Positions 1 through 9,198 of a stretch of 64,000 bases of DNA are shown here, one piece after another. Position numbers and translations under genes: made by a program. The first letter of the stretch is position 1. The number at the start of each line of letters is the position of its first letter. Source of the stretch: an uncultured Chloroflexia bacterium (GTDB lineage Bacteria > Chloroflexota > Limnocylindria > Limnocylindrales > CSP1-4). The notes below the pieces were generated by a model. It was not told the DNA's origin. It did not search any database and was given only the letters and a program-made list of their open reading frames with translations. The stretch spans positions 640,001 through 704,000 of the forward strand of contig CAWFXA010000002.1 of assembly GCA_963819655.1 (NCBI GenBank), given 5' to 3'.

Positions 1-96
1 GACTATCCGCGAGCTCGGGTCTGTGCGCGGGGGCGCTGTACCGAGACCGTCATCGCCACGAGGCGTATGCCTCACGCATCTTGGGGACCGTATCGA

Positions 97-778
97 ATGA
101 ATGCCCAAACGCGCTCCCGCCTCGGTCGGAGGCTGGCTTGGCTCGCTGTGATCGGGCTCGCCGCCGCCGCCCTCTTGGCGCCTTCGTCGACAGCCATAGC
201 TGCCGCGCCGGATACAGTGACGATCTGTCACGCGACCGGTTCGCACACCAACCCATACATCGTCCATGAGCCCGCCAAGAGCGGTGATGTCAGTGGGCAC
301 GCTGATCACACAGGCCCAGTCTGGTTCGCTGGGATCACTGTGGTTTGGGGCGATATCATCCCGCCCTTCACGTACCCCGGTGGGAGCTTCCCGGGGCTGA
401 ACTGGACGGTGGCGGGCCAGGCCTTCTACAACAACAATTGCAACATTCCCGGGGCGGCGACGCCCACGCCGCCGCCCGTCGTCCCCCGCGCCCGTCGTCA
501 CGCCGACGCCGCCGCCCGTCGTCACGCCGACGCCGCCGCCCGGTGTGACGCCTGCGCCGACTCCGACCGGCGGAGTCGGAGGAGTGATCGGCACGCCGCC
601 GGCTGGCGCGACTGCTGACCCGACGCTGCCGTCGACCAGCACGCTCGACGGCCAGGGCACTGGCTCGACCGGTGACGGCTGGCGGATCATCCTCCTTGTG
701 GTGGCGAGCCTGCTCGCCGTCGCACTCCTGCTGACGCCTGCTCGGGCCGTCGTTCGTAAGGACGACCGCTCCCGCTGA
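97..778 (+). CDS. Secreted, probably cell-wall-anchored protein (signal peptide, VTICHATGS domain, Pro/Thr linker, LPxT-like sorting signal + TM + basic tail); frameshifted near 485-490
   Basis: ATG at 97, then a signal peptide ending AIA-AA. The ORF 67..618 frame carries the N-terminal domain; the ORF 545..778 frame carries TPAPTPT..LPSTST..WRIILLVVASLLAVALLL..RKDDRSR. The frame break lies inside a 24-bp tandem repeat. Confidence 0.7.
466..541 (+). repeat. About 3 copies of a 24-bp coding repeat (acgccgacgccgccgcccgtcgtc = TPTPPPVV), one copy damaged
   Basis: Visible in the sequence; the damaged unit at ~484-490 shifts the frame. Confidence 0.8.
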
Positions 779-810
779 CCGTCGGCTTCCCTACGGGGTC
801 CCCGAGACCC

Positions 811-898
811 GGGCGGAGCGGCGCGCTGTCCGTGCGTCGCTCCGCCCATCGTCTCGAAGTCCTGAACGACCGGGTGGCCGTGCTGGCCTCCCGGTCGT
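811..898. terminator. Two GC-rich hairpins between convergent genes (probable bidirectional terminator region)
   Basis: GGGCGGAGCG 811-820 / CGCTCCGCCC 838-847 and ACGACCGGG 866-874 / CCCGGTCGT 890-898; no U-tract. Confidence 0.55.
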
Positions 899-917
899 CA
901 TCGTGCTGGTCCCGGGA

Positions 918-1688
918 TCAGATCAGGAATCGGGCTCCGGGCTCCACGAGGTCGACAGGCCCGTCATAGATCGCCGTGACCGACTCGATCGTCGCTGCCG
1001 GGTCGAAACCCATCTGGAGGTGGGTGAGCAGGACCCGACCTGCACGGGTCCGAGCGGCCAGGCTCCCGACCGCCGGCCCGTCCAGGTGCATCGCGTCGCG
1101 AACGACCGGGCCCGGCCCGAATGACACCTCGATGAGGAGGGCGTCCCCGACGCGGATCAGGGGATCGAGATCCTCCGCCCGCCCGCAATCGCCGGAGTAG
1201 ACGAGGCCGACGCCGCCATCCGGATGCGAGACCCGGAACGCGTGGCTGTTCTGCGTGTGCGTGACGCGGGCCGCCTCGACGCGCAGCTCGCCGATGTCGA
1301 TCGAGCCCGCGGAGATGGGTTCGACATCCAGGGACGCCGCCGTGAAACCTGGCTCATCGTGGAGCGCATCGATGCGCTTCGCGAGCCCGGTCGGCGCGAT
1401 CACCCGGACGCGCCGGGTCGGTTGGAACTGCCACCTGAGGTAGTGGCGCAGCGCCACGAGGTCGATGAAATGGTCCGGGTGGAGATGGCTCACCAGGACC
1501 GCGTCGAGCGAGCTCGGCTCTAATCGGGCCGTCAGCCGCGGGAACGCGCCCTGGCCGAGATCGAGGACGATGGCCGTCGAGCCGGATCGCACGAGGTAGG
1601 CCGCGCCCGCCGATCCGGGGCGGTCGCTGTACGCCGGTCCGGCGCCGAGCACGTCGAGCTGGATGGTGTCCGAAGGTCCGGCGGGCAT
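918..1688 (-). CDS. MBL-fold metallo-hydrolase (RNase Z / cyclic-nucleotide phosphodiesterase-like)
   Basis: SHLHPDHFID metal motif, YSGD, MHL, LLTH motifs. Confidence 0.85.
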   Translation of the reverse strand: MPAGPSDTIQLDVLGAGPAYSDRPGSAGAAYLVRSGSTAIVLDLGQGAFPRLTARLEPSSLDAVLVSHLHPDHFIDLVALRHYLRWQFQPTRRVRVIAPTGLAKRIDALHDEPGFTAASLDVEPISAGSIDIGELRVEAARVTHTQNSHAFRVSHPDGGVGLVYSGDCGRAEDLDPLIRVGDALLIEVSFGPGPVVRDAMHLDGPAVGSLAARTRAGRVLLTHLQMGFDPAATIESVTAIYDGPVDLVEPGARFLI

Positions 1689-1730
1689 GGCCGTCAGACT
1701 AGCCGACGACGATAGGTGCCGAGGGTCGGG

Positions 1731-2720
1731 TCAGTTGCGCGGGGTCCGCTTCGGTGTCGGTTGCGGCTTCGGCGTGGTCTTCGGGCCGTTCTCTCCGCCC
1801 TGACCCCCGGGGGCGCCTGGATCGGTCGGGCCGGCGTTGGGCTCCTTGGTCGGCTTCGGCGTGGGCGCGGCGGTCGGGGCCTTGGTCGGCTTGGCGGTCG
1901 GATCGGCAGGCTTGTCGGGGCCAGCGCCGTTGCCACCGCTCCCGCCGCCACCGCTCCCGCCACCGTTGCCGCCATTCGCGGGCCCGGCGGTGTCGATCCG
2001 CTCGATCGCTCGGTCACTCCGATCGACCGCGCGTTCGACGGCGCGCTGGACGGCACGGGAGATCGCGTCGGCGGCGCCATCGGGGACCCGCAGCGCAAGG
2101 GCCTGGAGCACCTCGACGTTGCGGCTGACGCCGGCCTCGAGGATCGCGACGGCGACCTCGTCCTGTGTCGCGATCGCGGCTTCGGATGCCGCCTCGACGA
2201 TACGCGCGTAGGCAGCCAGGGCGGCGGCCGCGCCGGCGGCATCGCCCGCGCGCGCCGCATCCTCGGCTTCCCGAAGGCGGACTTCGAGACGGGCCAGCTC
2301 GGCGATCGCTCGCGCCGAGGGATCGTTCGGCAGGGTGAGGGTCTCGATCCAGATGCGCTGTTCATATAGGGCGCCGCCCGGTCTCGCTGCGAAGGCCGTG
2401 CCGGCCGCGCCGGCAAGGACGACTGCAGCGGCGAGGAGCGCCGTCAGCGGACGCCGGATCCGGGACCGCGCGGATCTGCGGGTTCGGATGGAGCGACCGT
2501 CGGTCGGGATCGCGCCGGGCAGGACAATTCGCGGTACGACCGTCAGGGCCGCCGCGTCCGCCCGCGCGAGATCGGCTTGGCGATGGGCGACGGCCAGCAC
2601 CCGGGCCCGCATCCGCGAGGTCGACACGAGGTCCGGGGTCAGGCGGGCGTCGGCATACGCGTCAAGGCGCTGCCGCAATCGTGCGTCCCCGGCCACGAGA
2701 TCGATCATCCTGTCGTCCAT
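1731..2720 (-). CDS. Putative membrane anti-sigma factor (DUF5667-like helical domain, Gly/Pro-rich tail)
   Basis: Overlaps the ECF sigma stop; single TM followed by AARPGGALY..RIWIE motif; PTAKPTKAP tail. Confidence 0.6.
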   Translation of the reverse strand: MDDRMIDLVAGDARLRQRLDAYADARLTPDLVSTSRMRARVLAVAHRQADLARADAAALTVVPRIVLPGAIPTDGRSIRTRRSARSRIRRPLTALLAAAVVLAGAAGTAFAARPGGALYEQRIWIETLTLPNDPSARAIAELARLEVRLREAEDAARAGDAAGAAAALAAYARIVEAASEAAIATQDEVAVAILEAGVSRNVEVLQALALRVPDGAADAISRAVQRAVERAVDRSDRAIERIDTAGPANGGNGGGSGGGGSGGNGAGPDKPADPTAKPTKAPTAAPTPKPTKEPNAGPTDPGAPGGQGGENGPKTTPKPQPTPKRTPRN

Positions 2721-3313
2721 CAGCCGATCCGTCCCCCGGAGCCGGCAACGTCGTCGCCGGTGCCCGACTCGTCGATCCGGAGCTGCCGCCGCAGCGCGGC
2801 GATCGCCCGGAACTGGAGTCCGCGGATCGTCCCTTCCTGCTTGCCCATCACCTCCGCCGCTTCGCGGGCCGACAGGCCGGCGAAGAAGCGCAGGGCGATG
2901 GCTTCTCGTTGTTCGTCTGTGAGTGCGGCCAATGCGACCGCGACCTCATCCATCTCCTGGCGAGCGACGGTGACCTCGTCGGGTCCGGCGTCGCCGCCTG
3001 CCTGGCCACTCGCGGTGTCCAGGTCGAGATGGTCGTGCCGCGTGCGCACATGGTCGATGACGGTGTTCCTGGCCAGCCTGAAGAGCCAGCCCCCGAATGG
3101 GATGCCCCGCGATTGGTATCGCGGGAGCGCTTCCAGGGCCTTGACGAAGACGAGCTGCGTCAGGTCCTCCGCGTCCGACGGGCGGTGGACGCGGCTTGCG
3201 ATGTAGCGATAGACCGGCAGGTGGTAATGGTCGAACAAGAGGCCGAACGCCCAGGCGTCCCCGTCCCGGGCCTCCTGTACCAGCCGCTCGATCGCGCTGT
3301 CGTCGAGGGTCAC
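2720..3313 (-). CDS. ECF-type sigma-70 factor
   Basis: Region 2 DAEDLTQLVF..FGGWLFRLARN; region 4 LTDEQREAIALRFF..GTIRGLQFRA. Confidence 0.92.
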   Translation of the reverse strand: MTLDDSAIERLVQEARDGDAWAFGLLFDHYHLPVYRYIASRVHRPSDAEDLTQLVFVKALEALPRYQSRGIPFGGWLFRLARNTVIDHVRTRHDHLDLDTASGQAGGDAGPDEVTVARQEMDEVAVALAALTDEQREAIALRFFAGLSAREAAEVMGKQEGTIRGLQFRAIAALRRQLRIDESGTGDDVAGSGGRIG

Positions 3314-4176
3314 AACGAACGTCCTGCGACGACGTTAGGTGCGCTGGGGATGCGGACCGCGACCGGATCGTCCCCGCGCCGGAATGCAAGGGCGTCGAAA
3401 CCCGCATCCGCAGCGGCCCGATAGCCATCGTCCAGCCCCCACGCGAGGTTGTCGGCCCGATGCGCGTCCGACCCGACGGTCACGGCACGGCCGCCCAGCT
3501 CGCGGAACCGCGCCACGATGGCAGGCGAGGGGTAGCTCTCGTTCGGCGACTGACGCAGACCGCTGGTATTGATCTCGAGCGCGGTCCCGCTCTCCACGAG
3601 TGCGTCCAGGATCCGCTCGTACAGCTCCGGCGCGGCGGCCAGGTCGGCCGGCGTGACGTGCGGGAACAGGAAGCGCTTGACGAAGTCGATGTGGCCGAGC
3701 GCGTCGAACAGCCCGGACCGGGCAGCTGCCTCGACCTCGTCGAAGTAGGGTGCGACGATCTCGCGCAGCGACCGACCGTCGACCCAGCTCGCCACACGTG
3801 CCGCGGCGTACGGTGAATCCCGGTAGATGTGGACTGAGCCGATGGTGAAGTCGTACGCGTGGGTCGCGAGGTGACCCCTGATATCCGACTCCCAGCCGCT
3901 GTCCCACGTGATCTCGACCCCGAACCGGATGGCGACGCCGCGATCGGCCCAGCGCTCGGCGGCCTCGCGCACGATCCGCTCGCGCTGCTCGAAGGTCGTG
4001 AAGTCGTAGGCGGGCGCACTCGGCTCGAAGTCGACGTGGTCCGTGACCGCGATCTCCGCGATGCCCCGTTCCTCGGCCGCCGCGGCGAACGCGTCGATCG
4101 GCACATCGCTGTCCGGCGACAGGTCCGTGTGCAGATGCGCGTCCAGCGGCAGATCGCGCGCCTGGCGGTCGATCAT
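3310..4176 (-). CDS. PHP-family phosphatase (histidinol-phosphatase HisJ-like)
   Basis: DAHLHT, TDH, GSVH, GHID, EINTSG, GSDAH motifs. Confidence 0.85.
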   Translation of the reverse strand: MIDRQARDLPLDAHLHTDLSPDSDVPIDAFAAAAEERGIAEIAVTDHVDFEPSAPAYDFTTFEQRERIVREAAERWADRGVAIRFGVEITWDSGWESDIRGHLATHAYDFTIGSVHIYRDSPYAAARVASWVDGRSLREIVAPYFDEVEAAARSGLFDALGHIDFVKRFLFPHVTPADLAAAPELYERILDALVESGTALEINTSGLRQSPNESYPSPAIVARFRELGGRAVTVGSDAHRADNLAWGLDDGYRAAADAGFDALAFRRGDDPVAVRIPSAPNVVAGRSL

Positions 4177-4198
4177 CCGCCGTGCCCCCGTGTCCGGC

Positions 4199-5425
4199 TC
4201 ACCCCGAGATCACCCCGAGCTCACGTCCGACGGTCGAGAACGCCTCCAGCGCGAGGTCGAGGTGATCGTCGGTGTGGGCCGCAGTGACGATCGTCCGGAT
4301 ACGGGCGAGGTCGATGGCCACGGTGGGGAAGACGACGGGCTGCGCGAAGACGCCCTCGCCCATGAGCCGGTCGCTGAACCGCATCGCGACCTCGGGGTCG
4401 CCCATCATCACCGGCGTGATCGGCGTCTCGGACCGACCCGTATCGAAGCCGAGGCGGTTCAACTCCGCCTTGAACCGTCGGGTATTGGCCCACAGCCGCT
4501 CGAGCAGCTCGGGCTCCTCCTGCATGACCTTGATCGCCTCGCGGCAGGCGGCCACGACGGCCGGTGGATGGGACGTCGAGAAGAGGAACGGTCGCGCGCG
4601 CTGGGTCAGGATCTCGCGCAGGGCCGTCGACCCCGCCACGTAGCCACCGAGCGAGCCGACCGCCTTGCTGAGCGTGCCGACCTGGATCGCCACGCGGCCG
4701 TGGAGGCCGAAGTGGTCGACGCTCCCGCGGCCGTCCCGACCGAGGACGCCCGACGCATGCGCGTCATCCACGAACACCGCCGCACCTGCCGCCTCGGCTG
4801 CCTCGACGATGCCGGGGAGCGGGGCGATGTCGCCGTCCATCGAGAAGACGCCGTCAGTGACAACGAGGATCAGGCGGTACGGCTCACCGGTGCCGTTGCG
4901 GCCGTTCTCGATGGCCTCCTCGAGGATCGAGGCGAGGGCCAGGACGTCGGCGTGCGGGTAGATCTTGCGAGGGGCCTTGGACAGCCGCATCCCGTCGATG
5001 ATCGAGGCGTGATTGAGGCTGTCGCTGACGATCAGGTCGGTCTCGCCGGTGATCGTGGGGATGACACCGGTGTTGGCCGTGAAGCCGGACTGGAACGTGA
5101 GGACCGCGGCCGTGCCCTTGAACGCGGCCAGCTCCGTCTCAAGCTCCTCGTGCATCGACATCGTGCCGGCGATGGTCCGGACTGCCCCGGAGCCAACGCC
5201 GAAGGACTGCACCGCTTCGAGCGCTGCCTCGCGCAGCCGCGGATGGTGGGTGAGCCCGAGATAGTCGTTTGACGACAGGCTGATGAGGCGCTCGCCGTCG
5301 ATCGAGACGATCGGACCCTGGGCCGACGTCATCACGCGCAATGACCGGTACAGGTGGCGCTCGCGCAGGGCGGCGACCTCGTCCTCGAGGAAGCCGAGCG
5401 GGTCGGTGTGCGGGGCCATGGTCAT
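4199..5425 (-). CDS. kbl: Glycine C-acetyltransferase (2-amino-3-ketobutyrate CoA ligase, PLP-dependent)
   Basis: SSNDYLGL, NHASIIDG, DGVFSMDGD, DDAH, GTLSKA motifs; adjacent to tdh. Start is 5425 or 5419. Confidence 0.85.
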   Translation of the reverse strand: MTMAPHTDPLGFLEDEVAALRERHLYRSLRVMTSAQGPIVSIDGERLISLSSNDYLGLTHHPRLREAALEAVQSFGVGSGAVRTIAGTMSMHEELETELAAFKGTAAVLTFQSGFTANTGVIPTITGETDLIVSDSLNHASIIDGMRLSKAPRKIYPHADVLALASILEEAIENGRNGTGEPYRLILVVTDGVFSMDGDIAPLPGIVEAAEAAGAAVFVDDAHASGVLGRDGRGSVDHFGLHGRVAIQVGTLSKAVGSLGGYVAGSTALREILTQRARPFLFSTSHPPAVVAACREAIKVMQEEPELLERLWANTRRFKAELNRLGFDTGRSETPITPVMMGDPEVAMRFSDRLMGEGVFAQPVVFPTVAIDLARIRTIVTAAHTDDHLDLALEAFSTVGRELGVISG

Positions 5426-5470
5426 CGTGCGGTCGGCTCGGGCGTGCATCGGATGGGCATCGTGGTCAAC

Positions 5471-6499
5471 TCACTCGGTCCAGTCCATCACCACTTTGCC
5501 GGATGCGCCGGTACGAGCGGCGGCGAACGCGGCCTCGTGCTCGCGATAGCCGAAACGGTGGGTGATGACCGGCGAGATGTCGAGGCCCGACTTGAGCATG
5601 ACCGACATCTTGTACCAGGTCTCGTACATCTCCCGACCGTAGATGCCCTGCAGGCGGAGCTGGTTGAAGACGACGCGGCTGACATCGATCTTGATCTCGT
5701 CGGTCGGGATGCCCAGGATCGCCATCCCGGCGCCGTGGGCCATGTTCGCGAGGGCGTCCCGCAAGGCGCCCGCGTTGCCCGACATCTCGAAGACGACGTC
5801 GAAGCCCTCGACCATGCCGAGCTCGCGCTGGACGTCGCCGAGAGTCTCTGTCGTGGGATCGACCACGCGGGTGGCACCCATCGTCGTCGCGAGCGCGCGG
5901 CGCGTGGCGTTCGGCTCGCTGACCACGATGTAGCGTGCGCCCGCGTGACGCGCGACCGCCGTCGCCATGAGCCCGATCGGGCCCGCGCCGACCACCAGGA
6001 CGTCCTCGGTGAGAACGGGGAACGCAAGCGCGGTGTGGACCGCGTTGCCGAACGGGTCGAAGATCGCGGCCACATCCTCGTCGATGCCGGGCCAGTGGTG
6101 CCAGACGTTCGTCACCGGGAGGACGACCTGCTCGGCGAACGCGCCGTCCCGCTGGACGCCGAGGCCGACCGTATTGGCGCACAGGTGCCAACGGCCCGCG
6201 CGGCAATGGCGGCAGCGACCGCACACGACGTGGCCCTCGCCGCTGACGATGTCGCCCGGCGCGATGTCATGGACGTTGCTGCCGATCTCGAGGACCTCGC
6301 CGACGAACTCGTGGCCGACGATGAGAGGTGGTTTGATCGTCTTCTGCGCCCAGGGATCCCAGTCCGCGATGTGCAGGTCGGTGCCACAGATACCGGTCTT
6401 GCGGACGCGGATCCGGACGTCGTTTATCGTCATCGTGGGCTCGGGGACGTCGCGAAGCTCGAGGCCGGGTCCAGGTGCGGTCTTGACCAGTGCCTTCAT
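5471..6499 (-). CDS. tdh: L-threonine 3-dehydrogenase
   Basis: MKALVK start, [44 protein letters not shown]. Confidence 0.95.
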   Translation of the reverse strand: MKALVKTAPGPGLELRDVPEPTMTINDVRIRVRKTGICGTDLHIADWDPWAQKTIKPPLIVGHEFVGEVLEIGSNVHDIAPGDIVSGEGHVVCGRCRHCRAGRWHLCANTVGLGVQRDGAFAEQVVLPVTNVWHHWPGIDEDVAAIFDPFGNAVHTALAFPVLTEDVLVVGAGPIGLMATAVARHAGARYIVVSEPNATRRALATTMGATRVVDPTTETLGDVQRELGMVEGFDVVFEMSGNAGALRDALANMAHGAGMAILGIPTDEIKIDVSRVVFNQLRLQGIYGREMYETWYKMSVMLKSGLDISPVITHRFGYREHEAAFAAARTGASGKVVMDWTE

Positions 6500-6542
6500 G
6501 TCCGGAGCGTACCGCGGGTCGCGTTGCGCCAGGGCGCCGCAT

Positions 6543-6697
6543 GTCGCTGACAGCGACGACGTCACTCTCAGTGACGCCTTGCGCATGAACCAGCGCGCGC
6601 CGATCGCTCAAACGACGACACACCGTCGTTCGGGTGTTGGATCACGCAGCGCTGTCGCGGATGTGTCACTCACAGTGACGTTGTCGCTCACAGTGAC
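6543..6697. repeat. Four 15-bp palindromes (GTCRCT-n3-AGYGAC) arranged as two tandem pairs upstream of tdh
   Basis: Copies at 6543-6557, 6561-6575, 6665-6679 and 6683-6697; 18-bp period within each pair. Confidence 0.8.
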
Positions 6698-6712
6698 GCC
6701 GGAGCACGGACG

Positions 6713-7618
6713 TCATTCGGCGCGGTGCGCCTCCGACCAGTCGATGATCGGGTTCTCGACCGACCCGATGCCTTCGATCTGGCAGCGGACGCGGTCGCCG
6801 GGCTCGAGGAACACCGGTGGATCGCGGAAGACACCGACACCGGCCGGGGTGCCGGTCGCGATCACGTCGCCTGGCCCGAGCGTGATGACGGCGCTGATGT
6901 ACTCGATGAGCGCCGGCACGTCCCAGATCATGTCGGCCGTCGTGCCGTTCTGCATCAGATGCTCCGTCCCGTCGGGCGTGATCCGCCAGCTCCGTAGACG
7001 GAGTCCCCCCGCAGGATCGATCTCGTCCCACGTCACGAAGATCGGCCCCATCGGCAAGAACGTGTCGCTGCCCTTGGCGCGCAGCCACTGGCCGTCGCCC
7101 TTCTCGCCCTCGCGAAGCGCCGCTGGGACGCCTTGCCAGTCGCGCGCGCTTACGTCGTTGACGACCACATAGCCCGCGACGTGTGCCATCGCATCAGCCC
7201 GCGAAACGCGCTTGGCGGTCCGGCCGATGACGACGCCCAGCTCGACCTCCAGGTCGAGCGCGTGCGTGCCCTCGGGTCGGACGATCGGCTCGCCGTCGGC
7301 GATGACTGTGTTGGCGAACTTTGAGAAGAGCAGCGGCCGGTCCGGCGGCGGGCGACCACCTTCCGCGACGTGGTCGCGATAGTTCAGCCCCACGCAGACG
7401 ATCTTGCTGGGTCGATGGACGGCGGGCGCCGGCACGAGCGACGAGAGCTCGTGGCGCTCGGTCGCCTCGCCCCGCGACTGTGCCTCGAGGTAGGCCTCAA
7501 GATCGTCGAGGGCGGCGTCCGAGAGGTTGTCGCGCCAGTCGGCGACAACGACCACCGACGTCCCGTCGAGACGGCCGGAGGTAACGCCAGAGTCCTCTTG
7601 AAATGCGAAGAGGCGCAT
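6713..7618 (-). CDS. Fumarylacetoacetate hydrolase family protein
   Basis: KIVCVGLNY..H, DLEVELGVVIG, NDVSARD, KGSDTF, GDVIATGTPAGVG; ATG at 7618 (MRLFAF). Confidence 0.9.
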   Translation of the reverse strand: MRLFAFQEDSGVTSGRLDGTSVVVVADWRDNLSDAALDDLEAYLEAQSRGEATERHELSSLVPAPAVHRPSKIVCVGLNYRDHVAEGGRPPPDRPLLFSKFANTVIADGEPIVRPEGTHALDLEVELGVVIGRTAKRVSRADAMAHVAGYVVVNDVSARDWQGVPAALREGEKGDGQWLRAKGSDTFLPMGPIFVTWDEIDPAGGLRLRSWRITPDGTEHLMQNGTTADMIWDVPALIEYISAVITLGPGDVIATGTPAGVGVFRDPPVFLEPGDRVRCQIEGIGSVENPIIDWSEAHRAE

Positions 7619-7632
7619 CCAGCAGCCGCCGG

Positions 7633-8574
7633 TCAGCTCGGCGAGGCGGCCGGTGACGCGCTCGGGGCTGCCGGTGACGCGCTCGGCGCAGCCGAGGGGC
7701 TCGCCGATGGCGCCGCAGACGGCGCCGCCGAACCGCTCGCGCCGGGCTCGGCCGACGGGCTGGGCGACGCGCACAGCTTCTCCGGGTTCGCCCGCTCGCC
7801 ATAGCGTGCGTAGAAGTCGAGGATCGCGGCCTGATCGATCGTGTCGAGTGGCAGCACGCGATCCCACAACAGCGCGGCGTACGGCCACGCCATCTGGTCG
7901 AACCGCGCGATGAGCGGACCTGGGGACTGCCCGCCTGGCTCGAAGCCGCATACCGGACTGGCCGGGATCGCGTCGTACAGAGCGCGCAAGGCCGCCTGAT
8001 CGGCCTCGGCGCCGCGGTACAGGATCACCAGACCGCCGTGCTCGAGGTTGTGGACCCAACCTTCCGGGATCACCGCGTCATTCGGCCCGTATGGGCGGGC
8101 GGCGATCGGCCCGATGCCGGCCCCGATGTAGTGCCGCCCCGATGCCGGCGGGCAGTACGTGTACTTGACGACAGTGCCCGGCGCGACGTGGGTGTTGCCC
8201 ATGTCGGGTTGCACGTAGCCGGGCTGTGGGGAAGCGCCGGCGGCCGGACTCGACGAGGGGGACGGCTGCCACACCGTCGAGCACGCGAAGGCCGGCTGCG
8301 TCGCGGCCGCGAACACGCCGGCTCCGACGATCGCGACGACGGCGACGATTGCCGCCGCAAGGAGCCATGTCCGGTAGCGCTCGATGAAGGACCGCCGTGG
8401 CGCCGGTCGAGCCCGCTCGCGCCGACCGGCTCGTTCCGCGCTTCGCTGGGTGGCGACAGGTCGGTCGGCGGCTCGCGCGCCCGACGCATCGGACGAACGC
8501 TTCTCTGCGGCGCCCGGGCGTGACCCGGACGGCTGGCCGGACGTGCGCTGACGCCGGCGTGATTCCTTGCTCAC
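7633..8574 (-). CDS. DUF3105-domain membrane protein
   Basis: Basic N-terminus, one TM, PPASGRHY and WVHNLEHGGLVILY motifs, SPSAAP repeats at the C-terminus. Confidence 0.8.
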   Translation of the reverse strand: MSKESRRRQRTSGQPSGSRPGAAEKRSSDASGARAADRPVATQRSAERAGRRERARPAPRRSFIERYRTWLLAAAIVAVVAIVGAGVFAAATQPAFACSTVWQPSPSSSPAAGASPQPGYVQPDMGNTHVAPGTVVKYTYCPPASGRHYIGAGIGPIAARPYGPNDAVIPEGWVHNLEHGGLVILYRGAEADQAALRALYDAIPASPVCGFEPGGQSPGPLIARFDQMAWPYAALLWDRVLPLDTIDQAAILDFYARYGERANPEKLCASPSPSAEPGASGSAAPSAAPSASPSAAPSASPAAPSASPAASPS

Positions 8575-8690
8575 TGGTGATGCCTCGGGTGGTCGAAAAA
8601 GGGTCGCCGGATCGGTGTCGGATCCAGCGGCGACGAAGACCGCGCCACGAGAGGGTACCTGCGTGGCCGCGAAAACGTGCGCGGCGGGCG

Positions 8691-9065
8691 TCAGTCCTCT
8701 GACAGGTAGCGCCGCACCTCCGGCCGCAGCAGTGCTCGGAACAGCAGTAGACCGAATGCGGCCGTGAAGACCGGCAGGGCCGGGTGCACCGGGCTGACCA
8801 GTAAGAGGAGTACCAGCGGCACCGTCAGGCTGGCGAGGCCGATCGCGAGGCCGTATGCCGCCTGTTTTCGCTGGAGCACGAGCGTCGTCGTGAAGATCGT
8901 GTAGGCCAGCAGGATCATCACGACGATCCCGGTCAGGCTGACCGGCGCGGAGATGGCCTGGTCGACGACGAACCGCAGGCTCAGTCCGATGCCGGCCAGA
9001 ATGAGCAAGGCGTACGCGAGGAAGAGCCGGATGCCGGCGGGCATCTCCCTGATCGAGCTGACCAT
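8691..9065 (-). CDS. Small 4-TM hypothetical membrane protein
   Basis: Hydrophobic 124-aa ORF from ATG 9065, preceded by a TACGAT -10-like hexamer. Confidence 0.7.
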   Translation of the reverse strand: MVSSIREMPAGIRLFLAYALLILAGIGLSLRFVVDQAISAPVSLTGIVVMILLAYTIFTTTLVLQRKQAAYGLAIGLASLTVPLVLLLLVSPVHPALPVFTAAFGLLLFRALLRPEVRRYLSED

Positions 9066-9198
9066 CGCGGGCGATCGTAGCGTCTCCCGGCAGGACGGGC
9101 CGTCCAACCTCGAGAACGTGCCGGAACTTGTGATTCCACGCGCCTCGGTTCGCCTACCATGGAGCGGTCGAAGGTCCACCGGGAGGAGAGGTGCTCTC

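Noticed and set aside
1-96. Possible riboswitch in the leader of the first gene
   Set aside because: Small hairpins are present (gaggc-gtat-gcctc), but I recognise no aptamer consensus and the region is cut by the window edge.
7619-8059. N-terminal extension of the FAH ORF (similar extensions on tdh, malK, rplY, ICL, ligC and the 28852 gene)
   Set aside because: The extensions overlap neighbouring genes or promoters; internal starts with an RBS or -10 signal fit the family lengths.
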